DNA from: Camelus dromedarius
Lineage: Eukaryota
DNA length: 64,000 bases
Assembly: GCF_036321535.1 (NCBI RefSeq)
Contig: NC_087436.1
Location: 49,416,001 to 49,480,000 of the forward strand
Direction: 5' to 3'
Positions 59,666-64,000 of this stretch are shown here, in pieces (position 1 is the stretch's first letter; every line of letters begins with the position of its first letter). Position numbers and translations under genes: made by a program. Below the pieces are notes generated by a model that saw nothing but the letters and a program-made list of their open reading frames with translations, made no database searches and was not told the DNA's origin.

Positions 59666-60974
59666 TTAGGAAATATTCAGCCAATAAGTGAATAAGACAG
59701 AAAGGCTTACCATGCCCTTTGCAAATTCTGCTGTGGTCACTGCTTAAGGATGAGTGCCCTGACAGGCAAACTGCATTCTAGCGTACACATCTGTGTGCTT
59801 CATGTCCCTTAACTTCTCCCCAAATGTTGTTCGGGGATATGATAAGGCAAGTTTGGTGATTAATTAGGGAAGATCTCCCATTGTTAGACATTGAAAACTC
59901 TTTGTTACACAGCTTTCTGATCAAAATTTTGCAGGAAAAAAATCATAAAAAGTGATCAGGTATCATCCCTTACCATAATTAGCCTTGACTGATTAAACCC
60001 AGAACTCCTGTTAAATACTTTAAGTTTAGAATTCCTACTGAACAAACTAAGAAGTGAGGACCCCAGGAGCCTGTAATCTATCTGAAATTTTAATCCTGTG
60101 ACAGGTTCAGGTATTGAAAATTAGCCGGGTCATTATTTCCTGATAAGTCTTCAAATCTTTCAACTAAATCATTTTAATCCTAGCAGCTGAGATAAAAATA
60201 ATAGACGACAACAACAAAGTGATGGAGGCACTACATTAAGTGCTTTCCATGCACCACTGGCTATTAATTTCACATATATGACAATAATCTCTCATTATTA
60301 TTATTCCAACTTTACTAATTAAAAAAAACCCTGATGCTCAGAGAGATTAAGAAACATTCTTAAGGCCACATAACTATTTAATACTTTTATTTGATCTAGA
60401 AAGTAATCTATGTATTTGTTGATATTTTGTCTGATAGACTCACAACCCACAGGAGGAAGTTTTCATAAACCTTTTTGCCCAGTTGCACTCAGTCATTATT
60501 TTCCTTACTAGACACTCTGCTAAAGAATGAGTTATTTCTTCATATATTTGGCAAGAAGTTTCTCTTGATTTCATATTCTTTCATTTTATATTCATTTCTC
60601 TACTTCTGTACACTGTATTATAGAATGGATCTCTTTTTTCCTCATTGCTTTAAACACCAGAGACCCCTTGATCAATGTGGTCTCACTGATTCAGGGACTG
60701 AAAAATGTTGTCTTAAACTTCCTATCATTCTAGTACCTTAAAACCAGAAATTAAAAGGACATTCTTAAAAGAAATTTTGTTTATAACTGTAAACTTCAGT
60801 TCCACACTTATGAATATTACTCAAGCTTTCACAAAATAAGAAACCTAAAAACAGAAGACAATGAAGTGAGAGCTTTTGGTTTGGTGTATAAGCTAATTAT
60901 TTCTCTGTTGATGCTCCAATAATGACCACTGTGGCTGTGGATACGATTGCTATGGTGATTCTTCCTGTTGCCAC

Positions 60975-61205
60975 AATTATTTATTGAAGGTCCACTATTC
61001 TCACTCACCATACTAGGTACTTACGTGCAAAAACACTAATCTTTAAAACAACCCCGTGAGGCAGGTATTATTATTATTAATATTACAGGTGAGTAAGCTG
61101 AAGTGAAGGAAGATTTAAAAACTGCCCGTGAGGACATAGATTAGGGCTAGTTAGTGACAGATCAGGTTTGAACACTACTTCAGGTCCTGCTATCTTTCCT
61201 TACAC
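60975..61205 (-). mobile_element. MIR SINE
   Basis: ACAACCCCGTGAGGCAGGTATTATTATT...TTACAGGTGAGTAAGCTGAAG. Confidence 0.72.
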
Positions 61206-61624
61206 CTGCTGCCTCTCTGAACTCATTCATTCAGACACATCTAAAACACAGTCCAGTTTGCTTACCTGGAATCAAAGAGAAATGCTCAGCCGTGTATTCA
61301 GGTTGTTTCAACGTAGTATCATGGGCTTCCAAACATGTGTAACGGTTTCCCACCTCTGTGTTTTCTCTTCTCTCTGAGCTGCCTTCCTAACTCGTTTTTG
61401 TGATCCAGGTCTTAGCCAGCTGATAACACTCAAGCAATTCTTCTCTTGAGTGGAATAGATAAACACTGACCAGGCAAGTGCTTCTCCTATAAAGCCTTCC
61501 AAGATTTCTTCCATGCAGGTCGTCCTTTAGGTGAGGCTTCATAGGAGTGCTGGTCTGGAGGAGTAGAAAGAAGAACCAATGGATCAGGCAAGCAGTTTAG
61601 CAGACAGATGAAGGGAGCAAACAG

Positions 61625-61653
61625 TTTTTTTGTTTGTTTGTTTGTTTGTTTTT
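61625..61653. repeat. (TTTG)n simple repeat
   Basis: TTTTTTTGTTTGTTTGTTTGTTTGTTTTT. Confidence 0.9.
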
Positions 61654-61679
61654 CCAACTCCACAGGTTCACTGAAGACT

Positions 61680-61784
61680 TTTTATTTTAATTAAAAACAA
61701 TTCTTTTAGTGGAGGTACAGGGGATTAAACCCAGGACCTCGTGCGTGCTAAGCATGTGCTCTCCACGAGGTATAGCCCTCCCCC
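61680..61784 (-). mobile_element. Vic-1-like SINE (short form) with TSD
   Basis: GGAGGTACAGGGGATTAAACCCAGGACCTCGTGCGTGCTAAGCATG...TATAGCCCTCCCC. CTGAAGACT repeated at 61671-61679 and 61789-61797. Confidence 0.9.
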
Positions 61785-62129
61785 TCAGCTGAAGACTGTT
61801 AAGAAAAGGTGTGACATCTACCTCTAACGATGATCAGTATTGATCCCATTAGCATTATGGCTTTAGCTCTACAATTGTATGAAACAGAAAAAGAGAAAAA
61901 AAAAATCTGGAAGTGCAGCAAAGGTTGATCCAATAAAGTCAGAGGCTTTATTTTAAAATTAAAGTGTGACTTTATGCCTTACTGAGTGGCTGCTTAAATT
62001 GAACTTTTTACATTGCTGAAAAAAAAAACTGCCCTCTCTAATACCAAGCTGACTCCCACCCACAAAGCTTATCCCCCAGCTGATCAGCCTTAGAGTCTGG
62101 GCGAGGAACTAACATATGGCTTGTTAGAG

Positions 62130-62458
62130 CAGTGATTCTACACATTGAATCACCTGGGAAACCTTAACAAGCCTGCCGTCTGGGTTTCCTACTCAGAGAT
62201 CCTGATTTAATTGGTCTGGGTATGGGGAGGTTTTTTAAAAAATTTTTTTTGTAGTGGGGGAGGTAATTAGATTGTTTGTTTGTTTGTTTAAATGGAGGTC
62301 TTGGGGATTGAATCCAGGACCTTGTGCATCTTGTGCATGCTAGGCACACACTCTACCACTGAGTCATACTCTGTGCCCTGCCACCCTCCATCCCGGCATG
62401 TGGAGTTTTAAAACCTCCCCAGGCATTTCTAATGTGGAGCAAAGGTTGAGAATTAGTG
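62130..62458. mobile_element. MER5B-like hAT-Charlie MITE split by a Vic-1 SINE
   Basis: CAGTGATTCT...GAATCACCTGGG...CAGAGATCCTGATTTAATTGGTCTGGG | TTTTAAAACCTCCCCAGGCATTTCTAATGTGGAGCAAAGGTTGAGAA. Confidence 0.82.
62231..62378 (-). mobile_element. Vic-1-like SINE (long form) with 9-bp internal tandem duplication
   Basis: GGGGGAGGTAATTAG...ATGGAGGTCTTGGGGATTGAATCCAGGAC-CTTGTGCAT-CTTGTGCAT-GCTAGGCACACACTCTACCACTGAG. Confidence 0.9.
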
Positions 62459-63784
62459 AGCAACTAGGCTGGCCCTGGGAGCCTGGGTCGCCACACTGAA
62501 GACCCTTGGGATTCATAAGGAAGGATGACATTAATCAGCCACTCCTGTGAACTTCCTCTTATGTAATTTCTTCACAACTCCTATTTCTTTCTTTTCTTCT
62601 CTCTCTCTTTCTCTTTGAAAACCCGAGACTGTCCAAGAGAAAGAAAGTGGGTCTCAAAGAGTTGTTCTGGGAAATCAGGCTTTCTGAGATTGGCTAAAGC
62701 TGGGTAAGAATTCATTCTTTGGCTAGGCTAGGCTGGCTAAGAAATGAATAGATTAGAGATGGTGGAGATGGAGTGAGGAAATATGGTACAGTGGAAAAAA
62801 TTAACTTGGAATTAAAACACTTGGATTTATTTCTGGCTTTGACACTTATTGTGCATGACTGATTCGCTTCCCTTTTTAGTAGAATGAGAAAATCTGACTT
62901 TTTGATTTCTGAAGTATTTTCTGGTTTAACAACTATCACTCAGGGAAAAGAGGGGGATGTAATTAAAGTTAAGGAAGCAATGCTTAGGTAGGCTCCAGCT
63001 CTTTTAGGTCGGTTTGCAGAAAAATGAAAGAAATCCTGCTTCTTCCAACACCTTCCTGGCTTGAGAAGACGTCATGGAACCTCATGTGGAATGGGCTTTG
63101 ATTCCAAGCAGTGGCTGGGGGGCTTTCTCATTACCTAGTTTCCGCCTCCCTGACTCTGGTTTTGTCCTGGCTCACACGGTGTTTCTCTATTTTCTTTCCT
63201 GCTTCTGGACTCTTAAACTTGCCAGTGCAACCACGGCTGGTGCTCAGCTCAGTCTAGTTTAGACCAGTGGGTGTGTCACCCTGGGTCCAGGAAATGGCGA
63301 GTTCCGCTCCTTTGAGGTGAAGGGGATGCATTGGGGAAGAGGGTGCAGTGGGGGATTTCCTGGGCTTTCTGCACTTGATTGGAGGGGCTTGCTCTTGGTG
63401 GCACTAATCCCACTTGGAAACCCTGGGCTCTCAATGCAGAATGAGGGCAGCAGAAGCATTTCAGAGGCTCCCTTTGAGGTCAACAGGGTGTGTTCCAGAG
63501 AGGACTGGAGAGGTTTAATGATCCTCTGGGCCCTAGTTCCTGATGTTCTGTATTGTGGTGGGCATTCAAGGGGAGGTGACGGCAGGGGGTTTCTTTACCT
63601 GTGGAGATGGGAAATGGTCATGTACCTGGCGGGTCTGAAACCTTGTACATTGGAATCACCTGAGAGTCTTCAAAGGCTATTTAGTTGCCTGACTCCAACA
63701 GGACGGATGGACAGTTTAAATGAGTGCATAATGAAGAGAGGCTGAGGGAAGCAGATCTTGTCTGAAAAAATTTCCCTGCAATAA

Positions 63785-63928
63785 TGCTAATAACTAACAA
63801 CGATTAAGGCCACACTGTACTTGGCGCACTGTGCAAAGCACTTGACTGGTTGAGATCAGTTTGCAAACAGCAGGAGCAAGACTCAAACCTAGCTCTCTCC
63901 TCAGACCCTGTGCATTCTTAAACCACTC
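63785..63928 (-). mobile_element. MIR SINE (internally deleted)
   Basis: GCACTGTGCAAAGCACTTGAC...CAGGAGCAAGACTCAAACCTAGCTCTCT...TGTGCATTCTTAAACCACT. Confidence 0.55.
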
Positions 63929-64000
63929 AACCAAACCAAGTCGTATCACTTCACGAAAATTTCCAGTGTGATAGAACTGGCACAGAGAGGAGTTAAAGCG

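Noticed and set aside
63317..63745. 142-aa ORF near the window end (similarly 12161-12577, 20132-20563, 33035-33409)
   Set aside because: No recognisable homology or splice context; several have non-ATG starts or overlap repeats.

Overview
Mammalian genomic DNA, very probably from a camelid (alpaca, llama or camel). The evidence is ten copies of a short tRNA-derived SINE matching my recollection of the camelid Vic-1 family, plus artiodactyl-type L1 ends. The window looks intergenic or intronic. I recognise no intact host protein-coding gene, RNA gene or CRISPR array. The only ORFs in the track with recognisable homology are decayed L1 ORF1/ORF2 and ERVL gag/pol fragments. Much of the window is interspersed repeat (L1, L2, MIR, Vic-1, MaLR/ERVL LTRs, hAT MER elements). 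Between the repeats are several apparently repeat-free, motif-rich blocks that may be conserved enhancers. I found no new biological system I can support. The best observations concern local retrotransposition and repair history: (1) an ERV-LTR fragment with an A-rich tail and target-site duplication (TSD) nested in an L1 5'UTR; (2) two Vic-1 copies missing the T-arm/B-box; (3) a perfect 15-bp hairpin inside an L1 3' end; (4) a young L1 inserted into the TSD of an older L1; (5) a templated-insertion junction at an L1 breakpoint. Repeat family names come from memory of consensus sequences, not from a search, and boundaries of old repeats are approximate (tens of bp).
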